From Eledone cirrhosa (lineage: Eukaryota), in the NCBI GenBank assembly GCA_964016885.1, contig CAXHJY010000646.1:9057-73056 (forward strand): a stretch of DNA of 64,000 bases, given 5' to 3'. The first letter of the stretch is position 1, and every line of letters begins with the position of its first letter. The notes below the pieces were generated by a model that searched no databases, was not told where the DNA came from, and saw only the letters and a program-made list of their open reading frames with translations. This document shows positions 39,234 through 52,032 of the stretch, in pieces. Made by a program: the position numbers and the translations under genes.

Positions 39234-39594
39234 ATAGAAATATTAAAACAATGAAATTAAACACAAAACTGTTAATTCATAGTAAAACTCATTATTTTAC
39301 GATCGTTTCGGGGGGGGGGGGGGTAGTTCCCTGCATGTTCATTCTATTATTGATCTATGTAAAACATATTACAAAATATCATAGTAAGAAAAAATACATG
39401 CCGTAATTTCTGAAGACGGTGGGTAGTGAAAACGTATGTATTTTTTCTCACTATGATATTTTGTAACATATTTTACATAGATCAATAATAGAATGAACAT
39501 ACAGAGAACTAGCCCCCAGAAACGATCGTAAAATAATGTGTTTTACTATGAATTATCAGTTTTGTGTTTAATTTCATTGTTTTAATATTTCTAT
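39234..39594. repeat. Diverged palindrome of the same family with a hammerhead core
   Basis: CTGAAGA at 39410-39416, GAAACGATCGTA at 39519-39530; stem I ATTT/AAAT. Confidence 0.85.
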
Positions 39595-39797
39595 ATATAT
39601 TAAAATAACAGATTAAAGTTTAAGCAAAGAATCGCTGCTTTCACCCTTAACGGGATCTTCTGAAACTCTTTGGATTTTAGACTTCACATTTATTATTACT
39701 ATATATATATATATATATACACATGTATGTGTATATATGTGTATTTACACATACACTTGAAGGAGTTCTGTTGTTTCTGTGTTTCAAATGAAATAAT

Positions 39798-40068
39798 TGT
39801 TTCTACTTTTGGCACAAGGCCAGCAAATACCCAGTACTTTATTTTATCAACCCCGTAAGGATGAAAGACAAAGTTAACCTCGGTGGGATTTGAACTCGGA
39901 TCGTAAAGGGACATAACTATGCTGGAAAGCATGTCCGACCCTCTGCCAATTCTGCCAATCCACCAAATAATTGTTTCTACTTTAGGCACAAGGCCAGCAA
40001 TTACCCAGTGCATTACTGGTACTTTATTTTATCGACCCCGTAAGGATGAAAGGCAAATCAACCTCGGC
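39798..40068 (-). mobile_element. Tandem pair of SINE family A
   Basis: Two copies separated and flanked by AAATAAT. Confidence 0.88.
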
Positions 40069-40165
40069 CAAATAATATTTTCTAGATAGAGTCCGTTAAA
40101 TGCTTCCCGAAATACGCCAAAACTACACCTGATGTACTCCTTCCATACACATGCACACATGTGTG

Positions 40166-40405
40166 TATCATGACTCATGCACTGTTCATTTTACTGATGT
40201 TTGTGCATTGCCCTATGTACTGTACATGTACTTTTTTGATGAGTTGTGGTGCACCTGGGCACTGTACACAATATTTCATTATTGTTATTGTTATTATATC
40301 ATGACTCATACACTGTTTATTTTCCTGACATTTGTACATTATTCTATGTACTATACATGCACCTTTGATGAGTTGTAGTGCACCTGAGCACTGTACACAA
40401 TAATT

Positions 40406-40440
<35 letters not shown>
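40166..40440 (+). repeat. About 130-bp direct duplication ending in (ATT)n, probably a retroposon 3' end
   Basis: TATCATGACTCAT...GCACTGTACACAATA-TTTCATTATT occurs twice. Confidence 0.6.
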
Positions 40441-40442
<2 letters not shown>

Positions 40443-40689
40443 ATGAAGATCTTTTCTCTCCTCATTCAACAATTTCCATTATTATTTCCTTCATTTATAT
40501 CAGAAATCATTATTATTTCCTTCTTTTAATTTATTCTACTTGATATTCTCCAAAATATTTCTTTTGTTGCCTATTGCTGCTTTTTGCTGTGTCATCATGG
40601 TAAGGAACAGTGGCTTTATATCAGATTCAACTCCATAAAACTACCTCCATCGCATTCTAGCTTCTTTGGGATTATGTTAGGGGATGTGT

Positions 40690-41562
40690 TGGTGGTAGTG
40701 TGGTCGTGATGTGCTTGGGGTTTGTGGGGTTTGTGTGGTTTGATGTGCTGGTGTTGTGTTGGTGGTGGTGTGGTTTTATGTGCTGGTGTTGTGTTGGTGG
40801 TGGTGTGGTTTTATGTGCTGGTGTTGTGTTGGTGGTGGTGTGGTTTGATGTGCTAGTGTTGTTGGTGGTGGTGTGGTCGTGTTGGTGGTGGTGTGGTCAT
40901 GTTGGTGGTGGTGTGGTTTGATATGCTGGTGTTGTTTTGGTGGTGGTGTGGTTTGATGTGCTGGTGTTGTTGGTGGTGGTGTGGTTTGATGTGCTGGTGT
41001 TGTTTTGGTGGTGGTGTGGTTTGATGTGCTGGTGTTGTTTTGGTGGTGGTGTGGTTTGATGTGCTGGTGTTGTTGGTGGTGGTGTGGTCGTGTTGGTGGT
41101 GGTGTGGTTTGATGTGCTGGTCTTATGTTGGTGGTGGTGTAGTGTAGTGTGGTGTGGTGTAGTGCAGTGTGGTGTAGTGGGTGTGATGTAGTGTGGAGTA
41201 GTGGGATATAGTATGGTGTAGTGTGGTGTTGTGTAGTGTGATGTGTTGTGTAGTGTGGTGTAGTGTGGTGTGGTGTAGTGAGGTGTGGTGTAGTGTTGTG
41301 TGGTGTGGTGTAGTGTAGTGTAGTGTGGTGTAGTGTGGTCTAGTGAGGTGTAGTGTTGTGTGGTGTGGTGTGGTGTAATGTGGTGTGGTGTGGTGCAGTG
41401 CGTTGTTGTGTAATGTAGTGTTGTGTAATGTGGTGTGGTGTAGTGTGGTGTGGTGTGGTGTGGTGCAGTGTAGTGTGGTGTGGTGTGGTGTGGTAGTGTA
41501 GTGTAATGTGGTGTGGTGTGGTGCAGTGTGTTGTGGTGTAGTGTAGTGTAGTGTGGTGTGGT
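40690..41562. repeat. GGT/GTG-rich repeats (about 30-bp unit, then (GTGTR)n pentamer)
   Basis: Direct observation. Confidence 0.9.
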
Positions 41563-41870
41563 GGATGAAAGGCAAAGCTAACCTCGGCGCGATTTGAATT
41601 CAGAACATAAAGGGCCATAACTCTATGCTGTAAAGCATGGTGTGCTCTACTGATACTGCCAATCCACTACTCTAATTTAATTGTTTCTACTTTTGGCACA
41701 AGGCCAGCAATTACCCCAGTACATTACTGGTACTTTATTTTATCGACCCCGTAAGGATGAAAGGCAAAGTTAACCTCGGCGGGATTTGAATTCAGAATGG
41801 CAAGGGCCGTAACTCTATGCATCAAAGCATGGCGTCCGACCCTCTACCGATACTGCCAATCCACTACCCT
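41563..41870 (-). mobile_element. Tandem pair of SINE family A
   Basis: Two copies, each followed by CTAATTTAAT. Confidence 0.88.
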
Positions 41871-42554
41871 AATTTAATAATATAACTTTCTCATTATTAT
41901 CTTTGGAACATAACAGAGTTTCTTACATAAATTTAAGATAGATTTTTTTAGTTTAATCTAACCACTTCAAAAGCAACATTTTGTATCAGAGAACCAGATG
42001 TTTCAAGTGATTTCATATGAAAAGAGTTACTACTTGATATCTGCATTATCTCCCTTTGGTACGTTACAGAAAAATAATTTACAGCATTGATTTCCAAACC
42101 TATTTTGTTACACTACACCTATATGATTTTTAAAAACATCACATAACTTATACCTACATTTTTCAGAGTCTCTCCACCACCCTAATTTTAATAAGATATT
42201 AAATGAAATTAAAATGTGTAAATATAGTTGCCATAATGCAGATAACTATAATAATAGTATATGATTCTAAATATTAACTGAACAAATCGAGTCAAGTTCT
42301 CCTGAACACTGATAAAGTGTGTCTCTTGTTCACATTTTTCCACCTTCTGGGGCACTCTACTCAGTTTATTCAACTATTATTTTTAAAGACCAAGTATTAA
42401 TATAGTTATTTACATTGTGGTCACTACATTTTCAAATTTCCAAATGATTCATAAGTCAACCAAATACAGGTTACACTTTTAGAGAGGAAAATTGTTTTGG
42501 AAAGAAAATTTATTCTCATAAAACAACAACAAAAGCAAAGAACAAGATACCGCA

Positions 42555-45500
42555 ATGGTAAACATTCCACTACAGTGGTGTGACATCCTCCACTGTGGTA
42601 AACATGCCACTTCAGTGGTGTGACATCCTCCACTGTGGTAAACATTCCACTTCAGTGGTGTGACATCCTCCACTGTGGTAAACATTCCACTTCAGTGGTG
42701 TGACATCCTCCACTGTGGTAAATATTCCACTTCAGTGGTGTGACATCCTCCATTGTGGTAAACATTCCACTTCAGTGGTGTGACATCCTCCACTGTGGTA
42801 AACATTGTACTTCAGTGGTGTGACATCCTCCACTGTGGTAAACATGCCACTTCAGTGGTGTGACATCCTCCATTGTGGTAAACATTCCACTTCACTGGTG
42901 TGACATCTTCCACTGTGGTAAACATTGTACTTCAGTGGTGTGACATCCTCCACTGTGGTAAACATTCCACTTCAGTGGTGTCACATCCTCCACTGTGGTA
43001 AACATTCCACTTCAGTGGTGTCACATCCTCCATTGTGGTAAACATTCCACTGCAGTGGTGTCACATCCTCCATTGTGGTAAATATTCCACTTCAGTGGTG
43101 TGACATCTTCCACTGTGGTAAACATTCCACTTCAGTGGTGTGACATCCTCCACTTCAGTGGTGTGACATCCTCCACTGTGGTAAACATTCCACTACAGTG
43201 GTGTGACATCCTCCACTGTGGTAAACATTGTACTTCAGTGGTGTGACATCCTCCACTGTGGTAAACATTCCACTTCAGTGGTGTCACATCTTCCACTGTG
43301 GTAAACATTCCACTTCAGTGGTGTCACATCCTCCACTGTAGTAAACATTCCACTACAGTGGTGTGACATCCTCCACTGTGGTAAACATTCCACTTCAGTG
43401 GTGTGACATCCTCCACTGTGGTAAACATTCCACTTCAGTGGTGTCACATCCTCCACTGTGGTAAACATTCCACTTCAGTGGTGTGACATCCTCCACTGTG
43501 GTAAACATTCCACTTCAGTGGTTTCACATCCTCCACTGTGGTAAACATTCCACTTCAGTGGTGTCACATCCTCCACTGTGGTAAACATTCCACTTCAGTG
43601 GTGTCACATCCTCCACTGTGGTAAACATTCCACTTCAGTGGTGTCACATCCTCCAATGTGGTAAACATGCCACTTCAGTGGTGTGACATCCTCCACTGTG
43701 GTAAACATTCCACTTCAGTGGAGTGACATCCTCCACTGTTGTAAACATTCCACTTCAGTGGTGTCACATCCTCCACTGTGGTAAACATTCCACTTCAGTG
43801 GTGTCACATCTTCCACTGTGGTAAACATTCCACTTCAGTGGTGTCACATCCTCCACTGTAGTAAACATTCCACTACAGTGGTGTGACATCCTCCACTGTG
43901 GTAAACATTCCACTTCAGTGGTGTGACATCCTCCACTGTGGTAAACATTCCACTTCAGTGGTGTGACATCCTCCACTGTGGTAAACATTCCACTTCAGTG
44001 GTGTGACATCCTCCACTGTGGTAAACATTCCACTTCAGTGGTGTGACATCCTCCACTGTGGTAAATATTCCACTTCAGCGGTGTGACATCCTCCACTGTG
44101 GTAAACATTCCACTTCAGTGGTGTGACATCCTCCACTGTGGTAAACATTCCACTTCAGTGGTGTGACATCCTCCACTGTGGTAAATATTCCACTTCAGTG
44201 GTGTGACATCCTCCACTGTGGTAAACATTCCACTTCAGTGGTGTGACATCCTCGACTGTGGTAAACATTCCACTTCAGTGGTGTGACATCCTCCACTGTG
44301 GTAAATATTCCACTTCAGTGGTGTGACATCCTCCACTGTGGTAAACATTGTACTTCAGTGGTGTGACATCCTCCACTGTGGTAAACATTCCACTTCAGTG
44401 GTGTCACATCCTCCACTGTGGTAAACATTCCACTTCAGTGGTGTGACATCCTCCACTGTGGTAAACATTCCACTTCAGTGGTGTGACATCCTCCACTGTG
44501 GTAAACATGCCACTTCAGTGGTGTGACATCCTCCACTGTGGTAAACATGCCACTTCAGTGGTGTGACATCCTCCACTGTGGTAAACATGCCACTTCAGTG
44601 GTGTGACATCCTCCACTGTGGTAAACATTCCACTTCAGTGGTGTGACATCCTCCATTGTGGTAAACATTCCACTTCAGTGGTGTGACATCCTCCATTGTG
44701 GTAAACATTCCACTTCAGTGGTGTGACATCCTCCACTGTGGTAAACATGACACTTCAGTGGTGTCACATCCTCCACTGTGGTAAACATGCCACTTCAGTG
44801 GTGTGACATCCTCCACTGTGGTAAACATTCCACTTCAGTGGTGGTAAATATTCCACTTCAGTTGTGTGACATCCTCCACTGTGGTAAACATTCCACTTCA
44901 GTGGTGTGACATCCTCCACTGTGGTAAACATTGTACTTCAGTGGTGTGACATCCTCCACTGTGGTAAACATGCCACTTCAGTGGTGTGACATCCTCCACT
45001 GTGGTAAATATTCCACTTCAGTGGTGTCACATCCTCCACTGTGGTAAACATGCCACTTCAGTGGTGTGACATCCTCCACTGTGGTAAACATTCCACTTCA
45101 GTGGTGTGACATCCTCGACTGTGGTAAACATGCCACTTCAGTGGTGTGACATCCTCCACTGTGGTAAATATTCCACTTCAGTGGTGTGACATCCTCCATT
45201 GTGGTAAACATTGTACTTCAGTGGTGTGACATCTTCTACTGTGTTAAACATTCCACTTCAGTGGTGTCACATCCTCCATTGTGGTAAACATTGTACTTCA
45301 GTGGTGTGACATCCTCCACTGTGGTAAACATTCCACTTCAGTGGTGTGACATCCTCCACTGTGGTAAACATTCCACTTCAGTGGTGTGACATCCTCCACT
45401 GTGGTAAACATTCCACTTCAGTGGTGTGACATCTTCCACTGTGGTAAACATTCCACTTCAGTGGTGTGACATCCTCCATTGTGGTAAACATTGTACTTCA

Positions 45501-46400
45501 GTGGTGTGACATCTTCTACTGTGGTAAACATTCCACTTCAGTGGTGTCACATCCTCCATTGTGGTAAACATTGTACTTCAGTGGTGTGACATCCTCCACT
45601 GTGGTAAACATTCCACTTCAGTGGTGTGACATCCTCCACTGTGGTAAACATTCCACTTCAGTGGTGTCACATCCTCCACTGTGGTAAACATGCCACTTCA
45701 GTGGTGTGACATCCTCCACTGTGGTAAACATTCCACTTCAGTGGTGTGACATCTTCCACTGTGGTAAACATTCCACTTCAGTGGTGTGACATCCTCCACT
45801 GTGGTAAACATTCCACTTCAGTGGTGTGACATCCTCCCCTGTGGTAAACACTGTACTTCAGTGGTGTGACATCCTCCACTGTGGTAAATATTCCACTTCA
45901 GTGGTGTGACATCTTCCACTGTGGTAAACATTCCACTTCAGTGGTGTGACATCCTCCACTGTGGTAAACATTCCACTTCAGTGGTGTGACATCTTCCACT
46001 GTGGTAAACATTCCACTTCAGTGGTGTGACATCCTCCATTGTGGTAAACATTGTACTTCAGTGGTGTGACATCTTCTACTGTGGTAAACATTCCACTTCA
46101 GTGGTGTGACATCCTCCCCTGTGGTAAACACTGTACTTCAGTGGTGTGACATCCTCCACTGTGGTAAACATTCCACTTCAGTGGTGTGACATCCTCCACT
46201 GTGGTAAACACTGTACTTCAGTGGTGTGACATCCTCCCCTGTGGTAAACACTGTACTTCAGTGGTGTGACATCCTCCACTGTGGTAAATATTCCACTTCA
46301 GTGGTGTGACATCTTCTACTGTGGTAAACATTCCACTTCAGTGGTGTGACATCTTCCACTGTGGTAAACATTCCACTTCAGTGGTGTGACATCCTCGACT
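42555..46400. repeat. 40-bp minisatellite (about 96 units)
   Basis: Unit AACATTCCACTTCAGTGGTGTGACATCCTCCACTGTGGTA with internal palindromes CCACT-TC-AGTGG and CCAC-T-GTGG. Confidence 0.97.
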
Positions 46401-47234
46401 TTTAACCAATGAATCAATAACTATTGTTCTTTTATTTTTTTGTTTCAGTCATTAGACTGTGGCCATGCTGCTGCACCACTTTCATAGAGATTTAGTTGAT
46501 GATAATGACCCTAGTTTTTAATATAAGCACTAACACAAAGATAAACATAGACACACATACACTTCACACACTTTCACGCCTGCACACACATATCTGTGTG
46601 TATGTGTGGAGTGTAAATGAAAAGATCACCAAAGTTCAATACATTAATACGTTATTTGGTTTACAAATGTTTCATTCCACTACAACTGATGTAGCACTTA
46701 GTAACTTTATAGAGAACTCTTCAGGATCATATATAATATAGGAAATATTTATTTACCAAACATGTTCTTAAGTCTCCAGCCGTGAACATTTGAAAATTGT
46801 AAATAAAGATTATTTCCTTTAGGGATAACATTAAAAGTTATGAAAGGCCAGAAGTGTTGGAATTATTTTAACTGTACAAAATATCTAGTGGTTAGTTTGA
46901 CTGGTATTTTCATCATTAGTGTTTTGACTTCAATACGAGTGAAGTTAGTACATGTACATCCAATAATTTTTTTTCACGGAAGTTACATCTCATTTAATTT
47001 CAATAAACAGTATTTTAAGAGCTAATATTCTAAAAAAAACTTATGGAAGCCCGTGGTGTTCCTTTCATTTTTATGCTCTGTGATTTGCAAATCTACAATG
47101 ACTGGAAATCTACAAATTCGATTTATCTTTGAACTGTCGGCAATCTGGATATTGACCAAATTACATTAGAGCTTTAAATATCTAAATACCTTATATACAG
47201 CTTTACCATCAACTCATATAGTTTACCTTATATA

Positions 47235-47785
47235 TCATCATCATCACCGTTTAACGTCCATTTTTTTCCACACTGACATGGGTTAGACAAGTTGTCCTGT
47301 TGTGAGCAATGCTAGGTCAGGTGACCATATCATGCTCATACAGAACTGATTTTGGCTTGGTTTCTACAGCTGGATGGCCTTCCTAGTTCTAACCTCATTT
47401 ACAGTGAGTACTGGGTGCTTTTTGCCGTGTCGCCATTTCAACCACTTTACAGTGTGAACTGGAGGCTTCGCTGGATGTATGTTTGGGAGATGTATAGGAG
47501 TTGGTGGGGGTGAGGTAATGCATATTATACATATGCTTCATCTTTGGCCTGTGCCAGTGGGAAGTCGGGTCTTTTGTATTAGTGCGTAACATCAAAGATC
47601 TCGGCTCTGTGTCATTGCCTTTGAGAGGTGCAATTGGGCAAGGTCGGTTTTTATCACCTCATCCCAAGTCTTCCTGTGTCTCCCCACACTACAGCTTCCA
47701 TTGACTTTGAGCACTCTGCATCTTTTTTTACAGCTGCTATACATCATATGCATCACATGTTCATACCAACGCAGTCCCCTCATGC
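47235..47785 (-). mobile_element. RTE LINE 3' fragment
   Basis: GLRWYEHVMHM..GRHRKTWDEVI, plus the 3' UTR and (GAT)n tail. Confidence 0.85.
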
Positions 47786-48124
47786 ATATCTCTCTCTCTA
47801 TATATAGACATATATGTGTATATATGTATTTGATGGGGCTTCAAAGTACATAGAAAAAATACATAGCTAAGAACATATGCAGGGAGTTTGATGTCAATGC
47901 ACCTGTATGTTCTGCTACTAACTTGTCAAGCCCCTCATCTACTCCAAGTTACCTTAGGGTCTGCTAGATTTTGGCATGGGGATTGTCAAAAGCTTTCTCC
48001 AGATCAATAAATGCCTGGTAGAGGGACGTATTGTATTATTAATGTGAGCGTGTGTGTGTGTGTATATATATAATGTGGGTGTGTATATATATATATATAT
48101 ATAAATAAATATATATATATATAG

Positions 48125-48320
48125 ATCCCAAATCAAAATACGGGAATAGAGGAAAATACCACTGAGTGAACACATTGATATCTGTGCCGCCCAAAATCAT
48201 CCCAACTTCAGAATCTTTCCCCTCTACAAATTTAAAGATAATGCCACCCACACCCAGCGCATCAGCAAGGAATCTTACTTCATTAACAGATACGGACCCC
48301 GTCTAAACACTTCTCCCTAA
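48125..48320 (+). pseudogene. Second Penelope-like GIY-YIG C-terminal remnant
   Basis: Plus translation QIKIRE*RKIPLSEHIDIC..FRIFPLYK..QRISKESYFINRYGPRLN matches the PLE EN end pattern SEH...R..KE..FI....P.LN. Confidence 0.6.
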
Positions 48321-48641
48321 GACGAACCCACAACATACACACGTCAACATACATACCTACATCAGCACACATCTCTACCCACATATAAACACAATGACAT
48401 ACGTAAACACACATGCTCTATGGTGCAACACAAAAAAATATATGTGCATATATATGTGTATATATGTATATATATATATATATGTATATATAGTGAATAT
48501 ATGTATGTGTATATATATATATAGTGAATATCATTTCACACCTTTTATTGTTAAGATTTTTGATGTTCTATTAAGAGAACCGATTTTACTGAAAAAATCG
48601 AATAATGTACACCATTTTACCAGGGGGAAAAAAATACTGGT

Positions 48642-48767
<126 letters not shown>

Positions 48768-49095
48768 ACGCGTACATCAACATACAAAGAGACTTATACA
48801 CACACACACACACACACACGCACTTCTCCGTATAAGACAAAAGCTGAAAAATATCTTTTGACATGCTAAAATACCCCCCCATTGCTTTCAGACACATTCT
48901 TACTGACCATCCCTGCCACCACGAATTACTCTGCTATACACACACACACACACACACACACACTTATCTTAATAGCCATTTGACACACATCCCTGCTAAC
49001 CATTATCACAACATCGAACACCTTACTACTACTACTCTCACACACACACACACACACACCCACACATATTTGTTGTAAAAGAGTCATTTCTCAAT

Positions 49096-49311
49096 CTTGG
49101 CGCAAAACCAATTTTTTATTCACATGACCTCTACCGACCAATCAAAATTGTTTTGACCACAAGAATTTTTGCTGGAGCCACTTTTTTAACATAAAAACAG
49201 TCTTGGCGCAAAATCAATTTTTTACATTCACATGACCTCTACCGACCAATCAAAATTGTTTTGACCACAAGAATTTTTGCAAATTGGAGCCACTTTTTTA
49301 ACATAAAAACA
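49096..49311. repeat. About 105-bp direct duplication
   Basis: TCTTGGCGCAAAA...CCAATCAAAATTG...CATAAAAACAG occurs twice. Confidence 0.85.
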
Positions 49312-49587
49312 GGTAGAATTCCCAAAACTAAACAGATCAGAGCAAACAGCACGGACACTCTATCTCAAAATTATTTTTGAAAAGCATTTAGAAATGCGCA
49401 ACCAGTAAAAACTTAAAACCACAACTGAATACTAACCCATACAATCACTAATACTCTTTTATTCCTAATTAAACCATTTTTCAACTGTGAACAATTTGTC
49501 AGCATTTTCTATTCCGTTTACCAATATATAATAACTTGTGTGTTACACCTCTATTCTTTTAACTATATATATATATATATATATATA

Positions 49588-49918
49588 TGTTGTGAGTTCA
49601 ATTCTCAGACCGGGTGATGTGTTGTTTCCTTGAGCAAGGCACTTTATTTCACATTGCTCCAGTTTACTCAGCTGTAGAAATGAGATGATAGGGACTGGGG
49701 TCCCTATCATCCCACTGCAAAGTGGTCATGGATGTAACGCACACTGTAACACTGTAAATGAGGTTAGTGTTAGGAAGGGCATCCAGCTGTAGAAATCAAG
49801 CCAGAATCAGTTCCCGTATGAGCAAGACAAGGTCAGCCAACTGGACACTGCCCATAACAGGACAACCCATCTAACCCATGCTAGCATGGAAGAATGACGT
49901 AAAACGGTGATGATGATG

Positions 49919-49920
<2 letters not shown>
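49588..49920 (+). mobile_element. CORE-like SINE family B with the alternative RTE tail 2
   Basis: The CORE body is followed by GTATGAGCAAGACAAGGTCAGCC...CCCATGCTAGCATGG, as at the LINE end 27598-27702. Confidence 0.85.
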
Positions 49921-49962
<42 letters not shown>

Positions 49963-49967
49963 GTATA

Positions 49968-50650
49968 TGCAGGATGTCCAAAAATATTGATTTTGGGGTG
50001 ATTTTTGGACATCCTGCAGGATGAAAAACCAAACTTGTTTAAAAAGGTGGAATAACTCATGAAAGTCAACGGCCTTCCAATACCTGAGGTGAGTTGTTTA
50101 TTGGGTTTGTGGCAATATTCTGCACCAACCCTTTGTTATCAACAGGTCCAAGGAGTGTGGCTGACCCTACACAAGCCTTCACCACTGTAAACAATTCTTT
50201 TGTGTAGGTAACACAACAACTCTACCAGTTCACTAACACAAAGCTCAATGGTAAGACAGCAAAGGTGATGGGGACAAGTAAAGGGTATTACTGGAAGTCC
50301 TTAGCTGGAGCTCTACACAGTGGCGATTATCAGGTGTTAGCCATTGGTGCACAAAATATGAGTAATTTGTGCTGTTTGTGTCCTCTGATGGTGACAAAGC
50401 AGGTCTTTTTAGATATAGCACTGCTTTACCTACACAGAGTGGGGACAATAAAAGGGGCCCTAAACAAATACCTACTCAATACTTTAATTTGGCAGTCAAC
50501 CACCACTGTCTGGTTATCCAAATATGGGGTCAAAACAAAAGGCACTTAACTTTTGGTTCCTGGAATCTAAGAACACTCCAAGACAGTGACTCCAACTTGG
50601 AACAAAGATCAGCCCTGTAATGTACTCAACAGATACAGTGTTGATATCTG
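49968..50650 (+). mobile_element. RTE (BovB-like) 5' UTR and endonuclease start
   Basis: LTFGSWNLRTLQD....EQRSAL / LNRYSVDI matches the APE N-terminal W-N-x-R-T-L motif. Confidence 0.75.
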
Positions 50651-51268
50651 TACAGTGAGACCTGACTGTCCCATCTGTAATGCACTCAACAGATACAGTG
50701 TTGATATCTGTACAGTAAGACCTGACTGTCCCATCTGTAATGCACTCAACAGATACAGTGTTGATATCTGTACAGTAAGACCTGACTTTCCCATCTGTAA
50801 TGCACTCAACAGATACAGTGTTGATATCTGTACAGTAAGACCTGACTTTCCCATCTGTAATGCACTCAACAGATACAGTGTTGATATCTGTACAGTGAGA
50901 CCTGACTGTCCCATCTGTAATGTACTCAACAGATACAGTGTTGATATCTGTGCAGTGAGACCTGACTGTCCCATCTGTAATGCACTCAACAGATACAGTG
51001 TTGATATCTGTACAGTAAGACCCGACTGTCCCATCTGTAATGCATTCAACAGATACAGTGTTGATATCTGTACAGTAAGACCTGACTGTCCCATCTGTAA
51101 TGTACTCAACAGATACAGTGTTGATATCTGTACAGTAAGACCTGACTGTCCCATCTGTAATGTACTCAACAGATACAGTGTTGATATCTGTACAGTAAGA
51201 CCTGACTGTCCCATCTGTAATGCACTCAACAGATACTCTGTTGATATCTGTACAGTAAGACCTGACTG
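50615..51268. repeat. 60-bp minisatellite (11 units) amplified from RTE endonuclease sequence
   Basis: Unit CTGTAATGCACTCAACAGATACAGTGTTGATATCTGTACAGTAAGACCTGACTGTCCCAT. Confidence 0.95.
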
Positions 51269-51417
51269 GGATAATTGCTGGCCTTGTGCCAAAAATAGAA
51301 ACAATTATGTATGTATTCAGCTAATATATCATCCTCATCATCATCATCGTCATTTTACGTCCACTTGTAAAAAAAAATGATGATGATGATGATATGTTAG
51401 ATGAATACATACATAAC

Positions 51418-51803
51418 TGTTTCTACTTTTGGCACAAGGCCAGCTATTATCCCAGTGCATTACTGGTACTTTATTTTATCGACCCCGTAAGCATGAAAGG
51501 CAAAGTTAATCTCGGTGGGATTTGAACTCAGAACGTAAAGGGCCGTAACTCAGTGCTTGAAATCATGGCGTCCGACCCTCTATTGATACTGCCAATCCAC
51601 AACTACATACCTAATTGTTTCTACGTTTGGCACAAGGCCAGCAATTATCCCAGTGCATTACTGGTACTTTATTTCATCGACCCCGTAAGGATGAAAGGCA
51701 AAGTTAACCTCGGCGGGATTTGAACTCAGAATGGCAAGGGGCGTAACTCTATGCTTCAAATCATGGCGTCCAACCCTCTACCAATACTGCCAATTCACCG
51801 CCC
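51418..51803 (-). mobile_element. Tandem pair of SINE family A
   Basis: TACATAC(A/C)TAA occurs before, between and after the two copies. Confidence 0.9.
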
Positions 51804-51961
51804 TACATACATAATAATAGATTTGAAGGGTCACCTAATGTTTATACATTGTGAGTATTGTAAAACTCAGTATCTCATAGTGACTTCTATTTAGCTTCAC
51901 ACCTGCTGTAAATGCTTGCACTCTTGGATACTTGTTGAAATACAGCTGGAAAGAGATGGGT

Positions 51962-52032
51962 GATGTGTTGGTGTAATGGTAGCACAGTGGTCGCGATAAC
52001 CAAAGATGTGGATTCGACTCCCATGTACGTCA
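51962..52032 (+). pseudogene. tRNA-like sequence (pseudogene or SINE head)
   Basis: Cloverleaf GATGTGT / D-arm GTGT-AATGGTA-GCAC / TGGT-CGCGATA-ACCA / GTGGA-TTCGACT-CCCAT / GTACGTC. Non-canonical G33 and several mismatches; T5 run downstream. Confidence 0.5.

Noticed and set aside
40440-40680. Possible exon on either strand
   Set aside because: Short frames are bounded by stops and match no recognisable protein.
50586-51380. CxxC repeat zinc-finger protein
   Set aside because: It is a tandem amplification of RTE endonuclease sequence with no start context or finger spacing.
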